A stretch of 27,813 nucleotides of DNA from a virus (Duplodnaviria > Caudoviricetes), in the IMG/VR virus record IMGVR_UViG_3300010398_000034, positions 1 through 27,813 of that record; one strand, given 5' to 3'. Position 1 is the stretch's first letter; every line of letters starts with the position of its first letter. Made by a program: the position numbers and the translations under genes. The notes beneath the pieces are model-generated. The model worked only from the letters and a program-made list of their open reading frames with translations, searched no databases and was not told the origin of the DNA. Shown here in pieces: positions 1-8,928 of the stretch.

Positions 1-40
1 ACCCAGACCCAGACCCAGACCCAGACCCAGACCCAGACCC
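1..40. repeat. Hexanucleotide tandem repeat (ACCCAG)n, truncated by the window edge
   Basis: Six full ACCCAG units plus a partial one from base 1. It could encode PD/PR/TQ (+) or GS/GL (-) dipeptide repeats; no ORF can be assigned. Confidence 0.9.
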
Positions 41-110
41 ATGCCTGCTCTATGCCCAGACCTATGCCTGCCCATGGTTCAGCCGTCCTCGGACGGATGG
101 ACTCCCTCTC

Positions 111-217
111 CTCTAGAGGTACCTCTACTCTAGAGGTACTCTGCTGGCGAGTACTCTGCTGGCGAGTACCCTGCTCTAGAGTACCTCTACTCTAGAGGTA
201 CCTCTGCTCTAGAGGTA
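111..217. repeat. Array of ~7 imperfect 15-17 bp direct repeats built from palindromes (CTCTAGAG, GAGGTACCTC, GAGTACTC)
   Basis: Units: ctctagaggtacctcta / ctctagaggtactctg / ctggcgagtactctg / ctggcgagtaccctg / ctctagagtacctcta / ctctagaggtacctctg / ctctagaggtag. Flanked by the short inverted repeats ccgtcc-tc-ggacgg and agtccg-ca-cggact. Confidence 0.85.
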
Positions 218-487
218 GTCCGCACGGACTGGTACAGCCAGATTAGTTTGGTAGGATTGTGACGATTTGTCCTATGGTCAGGGTGCCGGCTGTTCCCAGG
301 AAGCCGCCCCCAAATGCCTCTCTGCATTTTCACCGCCCGGCATTTTTGGGTCCCATCTGGTGGCGATAGCCGCCTGCGATCTGCGGGTATTGGTGTCGCC
401 GCTGCGGGTATTGGGCGCCCCGCAGATTGCGGGGAGGTTGCGCGTGGAACGCGGGTGCGTGGCGTAGGTGGAGAGGCGGGGTGTGTA

Positions 488-516
488 TTGACAGGCGGTG
501 GCGCAAGTCAGACACT
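488..516 (+). promoter_or_regulatory. Putative sigma70-type promoter for the methylase-terminase operon
   Basis: TTGACA-17 nt-GACACT. The 13-mer GTGTGTATTGACA is identical to the one at 9979-9991. Confidence 0.5.
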
Positions 517-606
517 CAGAGGAGCGGTGGGGCTCGCGGGTGGTTGTGGTGGTGAGGGACGGCAGAAGCGCGCAGGAGCCGTGGCCACGAGGAGGAGGTG
601 GGAGGG

Positions 607-1989
607 ATGGGAGAGCGGCGACGGTGGAAGGTGAGTATCGTGGGGGTAGGGGAGGAGGATCCGCGGACGCTGATGGGGCATCCGCTGAATCCGAAGATCC
701 ATACGGAGGCGCAGGATGCGGTGGTGGAGGGGTCGTTGGATGAGGTGGGGTGGCTGCGGCGGGTGTTAAAGAATCGGGTGACGGGGCATATTTTGGATGG
801 GCATGAGCGGATTGAGTTAGCGATTCGGGCGGGGGAGCCGACGGTGCCGGTGGATTATTGTGAGGTAGCGGCGGAGAAAGAGGGGTTTGTGCTGCGGGTA
901 CTGGACCAGAGCGCGGCGTTAGCGCAACCGCACTGGGGGCGGTGGGCGGAGTTGCATCGGCAGGCGGAGCCGGAGTCGGGGGCGCTGAAGGCGTTTTTTG
1001 CGCAGCAGGCGGCGCAGGGTGGGGTCGAGGCATGTGGGGAAGAGGTGGGGGAAGAGACGGGGAGTGCGGCTGTGGGAGGGGAGGGCGAGAACCTGGAGGG
1101 GCGTGGGGCGGAGTTACAGGCGCAGTGGGGGACGGCGCTGGGGCAGGTGTGGCGGTGCGGGGAGCACTGGGTGTGGTGCGGGGACAGTACGGGAGGGGCG
1201 GGATGGGGGTTGGTGCGGGAGACGGTGGGGGAGGTGCAGGGGTGCGTGACGTCGCCGCCGTATGCGGAACAGCGGGTGCGGTCGTATGGCGGGGTGGCGG
1301 CGGAGCGGTATGTGGGGTGGTTCTGGCCGGTGGCGGTTGAGCTCTATGGGGTGCTGGCAGAGGATGGGAGCTGGTTTTTGAATCTGAAGGAACATAGTGA
1401 GGGGATCAGGCGGCCGGTGTACGTGCATGAGCTGGTGGTGCGGCTGGTGCGGGAGGGGGGCTGGGAGTATCTGGACGAGTTTTGTTGGGAGCGCGGGGGG
1501 ATACCGGGGGATACGGAGCAGCGCGGGAAGTTCAAGAATCAGTGGGAGCCGGTGTTTTGGTTGGCGAAGCAGGTGCGGCCGGTGTTTTATCCGGAGCGGG
1601 CGCGGCACCGCACGGCGCATGGGCTGGACGGGCACTGGGAGATGGGGAATGCGGCGAAGTTGCAAGGGCGGGGGCGATTGTTGGGGGGGCCGGAGCGGCG
1701 CCAAGGGGGGTGGGCGTATGCGGGGAATCGGCTGCCGACGTTTGGGACGCCGGAGTTACTAGGGCATGTAGCGGCGTTTCCGGTGGGCTTACCGCGCTTT
1801 TTTATCGAGGTCTATTCGGACCGTGGGGACGTCTGGGTAGACCCATTTCTTGGATCAGGAAGTACGATGGTTGCGTGTCAGGAAGTGGACCGGGTCTGTT
1901 GGGGGATGGACCAGGATCCATGCGCCATTGCGCTGACGTTGGAGCGCTGGCAGGCGATGACCGGGGAGCGCCCGCATCTCATGGAGTAG
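607..1989 (+). CDS. ParB-like N-terminal domain fused to an N4-C/N6-A DNA methyltransferase (beta-class motif order)
   Basis: N-terminal HPLNPKIH...ILDGHERI (ParB-like); catalytic TSPPY precedes the SAM-binding DPFLGSGST. Typical position upstream of terminase. ATG 607 follows GGAGGAGG; GTG 598 is an alternative start. Confidence 0.88.
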   Translation: MGERRRWKVSIVGVGEEDPRTLMGHPLNPKIHTEAQDAVVEGSLDEVGWLRRVLKNRVTGHILDGHERIELAIRAGEPTVPVDYCEVAAEKEGFVLRVLDQSAALAQPHWGRWAELHRQAEPESGALKAFFAQQAAQGGVEACGEEVGEETGSAAVGGEGENLEGRGAELQAQWGTALGQVWRCGEHWVWCGDSTGGAGWGLVRETVGEVQGCVTSPPYAEQRVRSYGGVAAERYVGWFWPVAVELYGVLAEDGSWFLNLKEHSEGIRRPVYVHELVVRLVREGGWEYLDEFCWERGGIPGDTEQRGKFKNQWEPVFWLAKQVRPVFYPERARHRTAHGLDGHWEMGNAAKLQGRGRLLGGPERRQGGWAYAGNRLPTFGTPELLGHVAAFPVGLPRFFIEVYSDRGDVWVDPFLGSGSTMVACQEVDRVCWGMDQDPCAIALTLERWQAMTGERPHLME

Positions 1990-2012
1990 GCCGCATCTCA
2001 TGGAGCGAAGCG

Positions 2013-2669
2013 ATGCCGCAATGTAAGGCCAAATCGAAACAAAGCGGGGAGCGCTGTAAGCGGTGGGCGGCGATCGACCGGGAGGTGTGTGTGATCCATG
2101 GGGGGAAGACGTTGCAAGGGGCAGCGAGTGGGACGTACCAGCACGGGCGCTACAGTAAGTCGCTGCCGACGCAGTTAGCGGCGCGGGCGGAAGAGGCGCG
2201 GCGGAATCCGCGGCTGCTGTCGTTAGATGATGACATTGCGGTAGCGGAGGCCCGGCTGGCGCAACTCTTTGAGCAGGTGGAGACGGGAGAGGCGGGGCGG
2301 CCGTGGCGGGCCCTGCAGGGCGAGATGGAGGCGTTTGGGGTGGCCTCGCGGCTGGGGGATGCGGCGGCGCTAGAGGGGCATTTTCAGGCGATGCGGACGC
2401 TGGTGGAGCAGGAGGCGGCGCGGGGGGCGGCGTGGGAAGAGATTGGGCGGGTCTGGGAGCGGCGGTGCAAGCTGGTGCAGACGCAGGTGAAGACGCTGAC
2501 GAGCTTGCAGCAAATGGTGACATCGCAGCAGATGATGCTCTTCCTTGGCGCCATTATGAGCGCCGTGACCGAGGCGGTGAAGAAGCATGTCGAGGTGGGG
2601 CCTGGACGCAAGGTGCTGATGGACATCCAGACCGAGTTCACCCGGTTGGCGACGTTAGAGGAGCGCTGA
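2013..2669 (+). CDS. terS: Probable terminase small subunit (HGGxSTG-like N-terminus)
   Basis: MPQCKAKSKQSGERCKRWA...CVIHGGKT...HGRYSK, helical C-terminus, directly upstream of terL. The longer track ORF from 1482 overlaps the methylase. Confidence 0.7.
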   Translation: MPQCKAKSKQSGERCKRWAAIDREVCVIHGGKTLQGAASGTYQHGRYSKSLPTQLAARAEEARRNPRLLSLDDDIAVAEARLAQLFEQVETGEAGRPWRALQGEMEAFGVASRLGDAAALEGHFQAMRTLVEQEAARGAAWEEIGRVWERRCKLVQTQVKTLTSLQQMVTSQQMMLFLGAIMSAVTEAVKKHVEVGPGRKVLMDIQTEFTRLATLEER

Positions 2670-2670
2670 G

Positions 2671-4395
2671 ATGGATGCGGTGCTGAAGCCGAGGAACCGG
2701 GCGCGGGTACCGGCGGGGTCGTCGTGGGAGCGGGGCTTTGCGCATATGGCGCGGCTGCTGGCGGCGGAACTGGGGGAGGGGCCGGCGGTGTCGCGGCGCA
2801 CGGAGGTGTTTCGGCCGTTGCCCCCGCAGCCGATGCGCTGGCTGCTGGAGACGTTTCCGACGTATTTTCAAAATGCGGCGGGAGAGCAGGTGCGATTGGC
2901 GGCGCACCATGAGGAGTTTTGGGCCTGGCTGTGGGCCTTGCGTCCTGGGGTGGCGGCGCGGACCTTTATTTCGATCTGGAGCCGGGGCGGTGGCAAGTCG
3001 ACCTCGACGGAGCTGGGGGCGACGGTGGTCGGGTATTATGGGCTGAGGCGCTACGGGCTGTACTGTAGTGCCGTCCAAAAACAGGCCAACGATCACGTCA
3101 GTAACATCGCCAGTGCGCTGGAGGGGCTGGGGGTCGAGCGGGCGATTAATCAGTACGGGTTTTCGCGCGGGTGGAACAGTCTGCGGCTGCGCACGGCAGA
3201 CGGCTTTACGCTGGACGCGATCGGGATGGACGCGGCGCTGCGGGGGGTACGGATCGACGAGTCCAGGCCCGATTTCATCATCCTGGATGACCTGGACGAG
3301 GAACTGGATACGGCGGAGACGATCGACCGCAAGATTGATATTTTGACGCGCAAGATTTTACCGACGGGGGATGCGGCGCTGACGGTGGTGGGCGTGCAAA
3401 ATCTCCCCAATAAAGACGGTATCTTCGCGCAGCTCGTCGATGGGCGGGCCGAGTTCCTCATGGACCGCTACGTGTCGGGGCCCCATCCGGCACTCAGTGG
3501 GCTGCCGGAGCAGGACTGGTATCAGGCGGAGCGGGAGGTGGCCGAGGACGGGGCGGTGGCGCGGACGCGGTTCCTGCTGCCGTCTGGGCGGCCGGTCTGG
3601 GCGGGGCAGGACCGGGGGGCGTGCGAGCAGCTCCTCAACACGATAGGGCCCAGGGCGTTTGAGATCGAGTGCCTGCATCGGATCAGGCGGCTGGGCGGCA
3701 AGGTGTTTAAGCGCGAGTGGTTTCGGGTGGTGGACGACTGGCCGCGCGGGGCGCACCTCGTGCGGTATTGGGATTTTGCCTCGACGGCGGAACCGGGGCC
3801 GCGGGCCAAGGGGCGGGCGACGGATCCGGACTGGACGGTGGGGCTGCTGCTGGCGCACTGGCGTGGACAGTTCTGGGTCTTGGACGTGCAGCGGGCGCGC
3901 CTGACCCCGCTGGGGGTCGAGGACTTGGTGCGGCAGACGGCGCGGGTCGATGGGCCGGGGGTGGAGGTGTGGCTGGAGGAGGAAGGCGGGTCGTCGGGCA
4001 AGAGTGTGACGGCGACGTATCGGCAGACGGTGCTGGCGGGCTATGCCGTACGCACGTGGCATACCACCGGGGGCAAGGGCGAGCGCATGAAGCCGGTGGC
4101 GGCGGCGGCCGAAGCGGGCAATGTGGCGCTCGTGGAGGGGTACTGGAACGCGGCGTTCCTCGAGGAAGTGACGCACTTTGGCGAGGCGGGGTGGCATGAC
4201 GATCAGGCGGACGCGCTGGCGGGGGCGCACTATGCACTGACCTTGGGGCGGACGCTCCTCCCCACCGATTTTTCGCTGGCGAAGGCGGTGGAGGGGCTCG
4301 GGCAGAAGGGGCTGGAGGCGCGGGCACAAGCGGCGGAGATGCTCCCGCAGCTGGCGTGGAGATGGGGCGTGCTGGAGGCAGAGGAGGTGATCTAG
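2671..4395 (+). CDS. terL: Terminase large subunit
   Basis: Walker A SRGGGKST, Walker B FIILDD, C-terminal RNase H-like nuclease motifs YWDFAST, DPDWTVG, HDDQADALA. Confidence 0.93.
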   Translation: MDAVLKPRNRARVPAGSSWERGFAHMARLLAAELGEGPAVSRRTEVFRPLPPQPMRWLLETFPTYFQNAAGEQVRLAAHHEEFWAWLWALRPGVAARTFISIWSRGGGKSTSTELGATVVGYYGLRRYGLYCSAVQKQANDHVSNIASALEGLGVERAINQYGFSRGWNSLRLRTADGFTLDAIGMDAALRGVRIDESRPDFIILDDLDEELDTAETIDRKIDILTRKILPTGDAALTVVGVQNLPNKDGIFAQLVDGRAEFLMDRYVSGPHPALSGLPEQDWYQAEREVAEDGAVARTRFLLPSGRPVWAGQDRGACEQLLNTIGPRAFEIECLHRIRRLGGKVFKREWFRVVDDWPRGAHLVRYWDFASTAEPGPRAKGRATDPDWTVGLLLAHWRGQFWVLDVQRARLTPLGVEDLVRQTARVDGPGVEVWLEEEGGSSGKSVTATYRQTVLAGYAVRTWHTTGGKGERMKPVAAAAEAGNVALVEGYWNAAFLEEVTHFGEAGWHDDQADALAGAHYALTLGRTLLPTDFSLAKAVEGLGQKGLEARAQAAEMLPQLAWRWGVLEAEEVI

Positions 4396-4617
4396 GCAGG
4401 TGCGGGGCGTCAGCGGGTCGTACACGGTGGGAGAGGCCGCCACCGTCCACCCCGACCGCCACCCCTCCGAGAGGGTAGCGGCGTGGCGGGGATCGGTCAA
4501 TACACAGGCAGGGTGGGGAACGTGCGGTGTCTTGCCTGCCCGTATTCTCTCTAAGAGATTGATATATATATATATATTTAATATATATACTTATAATACA
4601 GACAGACAGACCATTCC

Positions 4618-4851
4618 TTATTTTAACCTTACCACCTTTGATGTGGCAAGGCAAGGAGCACGCTGCCGATGCTGCGCACGCTGGCGCGCTCTGAAGCGTT
4701 GTGTGGCGCCTCTGGCTCTGCGTGCACAGAGGAGACAATGCCGGAGGGCATGATAGGCCGGGCGTCGTTTACAGCGCTGACAGAGCCGGATCTCTTGCAG
4801 GCTTTCCGTCGCGCTCATGGGTGGCTCAGGGTCTGGAGCGGTAGGCATCAA
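4618..4851 (-). CDS. Small basic zinc-finger-like protein
   Basis: CQRC...CLLC and an Arg-rich helix; ATGA overlap with the stop of the upstream 4848..5879 gene. Confidence 0.55.
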   Translation of the reverse strand: MMPTAPDPEPPMSATESLQEIRLCQRCKRRPAYHALRHCLLCARRARGATQRFRARQRAQHRQRAPCLATSKVVRLK

Positions 4852-5879
4852 TCGGTGTCCGTGCTTGTCTCGTGTCTGTCGTGTGGCAAGACATCGTCCC
4901 AGGCGGACGCCTCAAAGCGTATCGGATCTTTGAGGAGGCGGCCGTCAGGTCGTAAATAGCGATAGATATCATGGCCATTATGGGGCGTGCCTTCTAAGCG
5001 CATGGGATTGCTACCGGGCTGCGGCACTAAATTTCTGAGATCGCGTTCCTGCCAGGAGGCATTCCAGGCCGCGGCGATATAGCGGCTTAAGAGATAGGGC
5101 TCGAAGTGCCGGGCTGCCGTTGTAATCAGAAACTCATGGAGTTTCTTCCGCGGATTATATTGACTGAGCCCATCATCATGGGCAACATCGCGACAAAAGT
5201 CATGGGCGTCTTGTCCAGTATGATGGAGCAGGACGAGGGCAACCGCCATCACACTCGATATCCGTAAAATAGGGCTGAGAAAACGGGACGTGCCTTTGAT
5301 CAGATCCCAATACTCCTGGCATTCCTCCTTCCACAGATGGACAAAGGCCATACGGGTATCGACGACATCCGTATAGCGTTTCAGCACGCCGGCCCCACGA
5401 TTTGTGGCTTCAAAGCCGGAGGCTAACAAGGGCAAGCAGGCACTCAACTGCACCGTCTGCGCTTTATTGAGGCCCGTCGCTGCTGCCAGATCGACCGCAT
5501 CAAACATATTGCCGAGCGAGCGCGGACGGTTCCGATCATGGAGGGCATATTCGGGCTTATTGTCGTCTTCGAGGTCAATGGGAATATCGTGAAACCAAAA
5601 GCCATAGCTGAAGGCTGGATCATGAATGGACGCAAGCGCGTTGAGACGGTGATGGCCATTCATGATGGTATATTTGAGGAGCCCCTCGGGCAGCCGGCGT
5701 ACCGTGCGCGTAATGATCGTATTGCTCGGAAACGTCCGCCGCCACATCAAGAGTCCATATTTGATTTTTGTCTCACGGTTAATGGCGCGCTGTCCACTAA
5801 ACGCTTGGTCAAGAAGCATGCGCTGTGCGTCCTGTGTTGTCAGGACGCCATACTGCATGGTACCTTGATGGTGTGACAT
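4848..5879 (-). CDS. ParB/DGQHR-like domain protein
   Basis: 343 aa ORF with QRAIN...MNGHHRLNAL (variant of the DGQHRL motif)...DRNRPRS; RBS AAGGAG and its own promoter. Confidence 0.7.
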   Translation of the reverse strand: MSHHQGTMQYGVLTTQDAQRMLLDQAFSGQRAINRETKIKYGLLMWRRTFPSNTIITRTVRRLPEGLLKYTIMNGHHRLNALASIHDPAFSYGFWFHDIPIDLEDDNKPEYALHDRNRPRSLGNMFDAVDLAAATGLNKAQTVQLSACLPLLASGFEATNRGAGVLKRYTDVVDTRMAFVHLWKEECQEYWDLIKGTSRFLSPILRISSVMAVALVLLHHTGQDAHDFCRDVAHDDGLSQYNPRKKLHEFLITTAARHFEPYLLSRYIAAAWNASWQERDLRNLVPQPGSNPMRLEGTPHNGHDIYRYLRPDGRLLKDPIRFEASAWDDVLPHDRHETSTDTD

Positions 5880-5965
5880 GGATGACTCCTTGTGGAGGTG
5901 GGGCTCACTGGAGTGACCGCTCTCGTGAGCCCGTTGTCGTTTTCTTTTCGTAGCAGTGCCCTAGG

Positions 5966-5994
5966 AGTATAGACAAAAGGGGTCGGCACGTCAC
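5966..5994 (-). promoter_or_regulatory. Promoter of the ParB/DGQHR-like gene
   Basis: GTGACG-17 nt-TATACT on the - strand, divergent from the + promoter at 6007. Confidence 0.55.
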
Positions 5995-6006
5995 GTCTCC
6001 CCGCGC

Positions 6007-6035
6007 TTGACACCCGCCCCCTCTCCGCCTACACT
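6007..6035 (+). promoter_or_regulatory. Sigma70-type promoter (portal segment)
   Basis: TTGACA-17 nt-TACACT, followed by the conserved leader. Confidence 0.8.
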
Positions 6036-6042
6036 GTGCGCC

Positions 6043-6110
6043 AGCGTGTTTTGGGAAGCCGGGCGGCTTGCTGGGACGCGCTTTGTGCATGCCTGCCGCT
6101 GGCTTTCCCC
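6043..6110 (+). ncRNA. Conserved promoter-proximal structured leader RNA, copy 1
   Basis: AGCGUGUUUUGG pairs with CUGGGACGCGCU, followed by UUGUG. Internal GGGAAGCC-GG-GCGGC can also pair with downstream GCCGC-U-GGCUUUCCC. Homologous to the copies at 10022 and 21641. Confidence 0.7.
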
Positions 6111-6111
6111 C

Positions 6112-7149
6112 TTAGAACAACCGCATCTGTTGGGTTTTCACGGTCCGATTCTTTTTCCTGTTACACCCGTAATGGGCGAGAGCGACATTTGGCCAGGTAT
6201 GGGTGCCGCCTTTACTCAGGGGAATAATGTGATCGGTCGTGGCACATAACGGATCAGGCCATGTGCGTTTGAGCGACACGCGCTTATGGCACAGGCTACA
6301 GATACCCTTGTCGCGGGCATAGAGGGTCGGCATATCGATCACGTCAATCTGCGTACCGCCGCGTTTGCGAGCACGGCGGGTCTCCTGATGCCTGCGCCCC
6401 ATCTCAGGATGCTCGCGGCGTCGCTCGGCCGCGCGTTGATTGAGCCGCTCACGATGGTCGCTTGCCGCGATATACACCTGAAATGCCTTGGCGCGACAGT
6501 CTTTGCAGTGTGCTTGACGCCCGTCTGGCTTGGACCGACAGATGGCATATTCCTCGAGCGGCTTCTCCATGAGGCAGCGGGGACAGATTTTGACGGTGGT
6601 ATGCGGGTCAAGATGCTCGACAGGCTTGGGAGCCCGGAGGCGCTCAGCATGCCGTTGATTATAGCCGCGCTGGTGTCGTGCACAACAGGCACGACACTGG
6701 GTTTTGAAGCCATCGCGACGCGCCAGATCGGCAGAGAAGGCCCGATAAGGGAGATCCTGCTCACAGCCGCTGCACCATTTGAGCGTATCAAGATCGACGG
6801 GCGGCGGGGTGGCAAGGTTCTGCGCTTTGCGCGCCTGTCGTGCCAGCGACTTCTGGTGCTTGCGGCACTCCCGACACTGGGACTGTAAGCCATATTGGCC
6901 TCTTTTGGATGTACCAAAGGCGCTTAACACAAGGTCGCGCCGACAGAGGCTACAGGGTTTGGTGGCGGGAAGGGGCTCACTGACAGGTTTCGGTGCCAGA
7001 ATCGATGTCCGATGCGTCCCATAATACGCCGTCCACGATGCCGCGGCACACGCTTTGCAATGCGACCGAAGGCCATCGCGTTTCTTGGCGTCCTGACTAA
7101 AGGCGTCAAGAGGGAGGTCACGTTGACAACCCGTACATTGTTTGGTCAT
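6112..7149 (-). CDS. Free-standing HNH endonuclease with four N-terminal CxxC...CxxC zinc-binding repeats
   Basis: Four KxCxxC-x~22-CxxC repeats; C-terminal ICSLC...TDHIIPLSKGGTHTWPNVALAHYGCNRKK. Start moved to ATG 7149 behind RBS GGAGGG. Ends QMRLF. Confidence 0.9.
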   Translation of the reverse strand: MTKQCTGCQRDLPLDAFSQDAKKRDGLRSHCKACAAASWTAYYGTHRTSILAPKPVSEPLPATKPCSLCRRDLVLSAFGTSKRGQYGLQSQCRECRKHQKSLARQARKAQNLATPPPVDLDTLKWCSGCEQDLPYRAFSADLARRDGFKTQCRACCARHQRGYNQRHAERLRAPKPVEHLDPHTTVKICPRCLMEKPLEEYAICRSKPDGRQAHCKDCRAKAFQVYIAASDHRERLNQRAAERRREHPEMGRRHQETRRARKRGGTQIDVIDMPTLYARDKGICSLCHKRVSLKRTWPDPLCATTDHIIPLSKGGTHTWPNVALAHYGCNRKKNRTVKTQQMRLF

Positions 7150-7170
7150 GATGCCCTCCATGTGGCAGTG

Positions 7171-7240
7171 TGGGACCATCAGGCTCTCCGTCGCATGGAC
7201 AACAGAAACTTGCACGCACCCGTCGGTGCGACCTGATGGC
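7171..7240 (-). ncRNA. HNH-associated three-way-junction leader RNA, copy A
   Basis: GCCAUCAGG-U-[CGCACC gacg GGUGCG]-UGCAAGU-[UUCUGUUGU ccau GCGACGGAG]-AG-CCUGAUGGU-CCCA. G.U pairs favour the - strand. Confidence 0.75.
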
Positions 7241-7246
7241 AGCATA

Positions 7247-7275
7247 ATTATAACAAATTCAATGACTTAGTGCAA
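7247..7275 (-). promoter_or_regulatory. Promoter of HNH cassette A
   Basis: TTGCAC-17 nt-TATAAT with extended TG; the predicted +1 coincides with the first base of the RNA motif. Confidence 0.8.
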
Positions 7276-7293
7276 TAAAGAAGTGACGAGAGT

Positions 7294-8913
7294 ATGGCAG
7301 AACAGGTGACCAACGGCACGCATTTTCCGGTCAATCCTTCGCAGCAGACGCCACAACTCACGCAGGTCGTGGAGCATCTCAACCTCAGAGATCTTTTACT
7401 TGAGCGTGGAACCAGCGGCTTGCGGCGTGCCGGTGGCTACGTACGAGAAGAACTATTAACAGAGCTATCAGGTCAACAAGGAATACGTAAGTTCAAAGAG
7501 ATGCGGGACAATTCGCCCGTAATAGGGGCATGCCTCTATGCCCTGGAAATGCGTCTACGCAATGTCAAATGGAAGTTTGTACCCGCTGATGATAGTGCCG
7601 AGGCCGACCGCTACGCCGAGCTGGCGACGGGTATGCTGTTTGAGGACCTGGAGTTACCCTGGTCGCTCTTGCAAAGTGAAATCCTCTCGTTTCTGCCTTT
7701 TGGCTTCTCCTATTTCGAGATGGTATTCAAGCGTCGTTTAGGGCTTGACCCGCCTCCGCAGCCGGACGGCATGCCGGGACTCCCGAGTCGCTTCAATGAC
7801 GGGCTGATCGGCTTGGGGAAGATTGCGCTGAGGCCGCCCGACACTGTCCTGCGTTGGGAGTTCGACCAGACCGGCGGCCTTATGGGGATGCACCAGATTG
7901 ACCCCTTCGCCGGTCGCCAGGCCTATATACCCTATGAGAAAGCCCTTCTGTTTAGACCTACTTTATATAAGAATAACCCCGAAGGTCGCTCCGTCCTACG
8001 CACCGCCTACCGTCCGTGGTACATGCTCACGCACATTGAGAACACGGAAGGAATCGGCATTGAGCGTGACCTCGCGGGGCTGCCGACCTTTGGCACGCCG
8101 CCGCAGTGGTGGCTCTCGTCGGCCTCGCCGGAAGAAGTGGCGCAGTTGGAGCTGGTGCGGCGCATTGGGCGCAATATCCGGGTCGATGAGCAGATGTGCT
8201 TGGTCTACCCGCTCATTTACGACCAGGCTGGCAACCAGCTGTTTAAATTTGAACTGGCCGGCACGGGCGGCGCCAAGGCGATCAACACCGATACGATTAT
8301 CCAGCGCTACGAACTGCGGATTACCCAGAGCCTGCTGTGTGACCTGCTCTTTATGGGGCATGAGGATGTGGGCAGCTTTGCCCTGGCCTCGTCCAAGTCG
8401 ACGACCGAGGCGATGAGCCTGGGCGGCTACCTGGAAGTGATCCAGGACGAGTTCAACCGGCGCTGCCTGCCGCTGCTGTGGCGCTTGAACGCCTTTCCCG
8501 AGCAGCGCCGCCCGCACTTAGAGCACGGCGACGTGGAATCGCTCGACCTCACCGAGCTGGCGCGCTTCATGCTCTCGTTTGGGCGGATTTACAATATGCA
8601 GGACCTGGAGAATTACTTCCGTACCGCCGCCGGACTCCCGGAGCGGCCGGGGGCGGAGAAGCATCCCTTGCCGCCGGCGATTCAGCCAACGCCGCGCGGG
8701 GGCGGCATGGGCGCGGCCAGCCACGGGGGTGGCTCCGGCACCTCGACCGAGGCCTTTCAGATGGGCGGCGCCGGCCTGGGGACCGGCAACGTCGGCATTC
8801 CCGATCTCGACCGCAGCCTGGAGTCGCAGAGTCTTTCCCTCAGTGTGGATCCAGCGCCAGCACCGACACCCGTGCGGAAGGGGCGGCGGCGCGCCTCCAA
8901 GGCACCCTACTAA
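7294..8913 (+). CDS. Portal protein (DUF935/Mu gp29-like)
   Basis: GTSGL...GYVREELLTELSG...EMRDNSPVIGA, NNPEGRSVLR, EGIGIERDLAGLP, GSFALASSK; 539 aa, located after terL. Confidence 0.88.
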   Translation: MAEQVTNGTHFPVNPSQQTPQLTQVVEHLNLRDLLLERGTSGLRRAGGYVREELLTELSGQQGIRKFKEMRDNSPVIGACLYALEMRLRNVKWKFVPADDSAEADRYAELATGMLFEDLELPWSLLQSEILSFLPFGFSYFEMVFKRRLGLDPPPQPDGMPGLPSRFNDGLIGLGKIALRPPDTVLRWEFDQTGGLMGMHQIDPFAGRQAYIPYEKALLFRPTLYKNNPEGRSVLRTAYRPWYMLTHIENTEGIGIERDLAGLPTFGTPPQWWLSSASPEEVAQLELVRRIGRNIRVDEQMCLVYPLIYDQAGNQLFKFELAGTGGAKAINTDTIIQRYELRITQSLLCDLLFMGHEDVGSFALASSKSTTEAMSLGGYLEVIQDEFNRRCLPLLWRLNAFPEQRRPHLEHGDVESLDLTELARFMLSFGRIYNMQDLENYFRTAAGLPERPGAEKHPLPPAIQPTPRGGGMGAASHGGGSGTSTEAFQMGGAGLGTGNVGIPDLDRSLESQSLSLSVDPAPAPTPVRKGRRRASKAPY

Positions 8914-8928
8914 AGGAATATATTTACT

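Noticed and set aside
111-217. CRISPR array
   Set aside because: Repeats are only 15-17 bp, contiguous, without unique spacers, and there are no cas genes.
278-4738. Long Pro-rich - strand ORFs and Gly/Arg-rich alternate-frame ORFs
   Set aside because: Shadows of the G-skewed methylase and terminase genes; low complexity, no motifs.
7171-7240. tRNA gene or hammerhead ribozyme
   Set aside because: Only two internal arms, no TTC T-loop or D-loop GG, and no CUGANGA/GAAA core.
6112-7245. HNH genes as IscB/Cas9-like nucleases, and their longer track starts (7245, 16223, 19476)
   Set aside because: No RuvC or PLMP motifs. The longer starts lack an RBS, and two of them run through the leader RNA.
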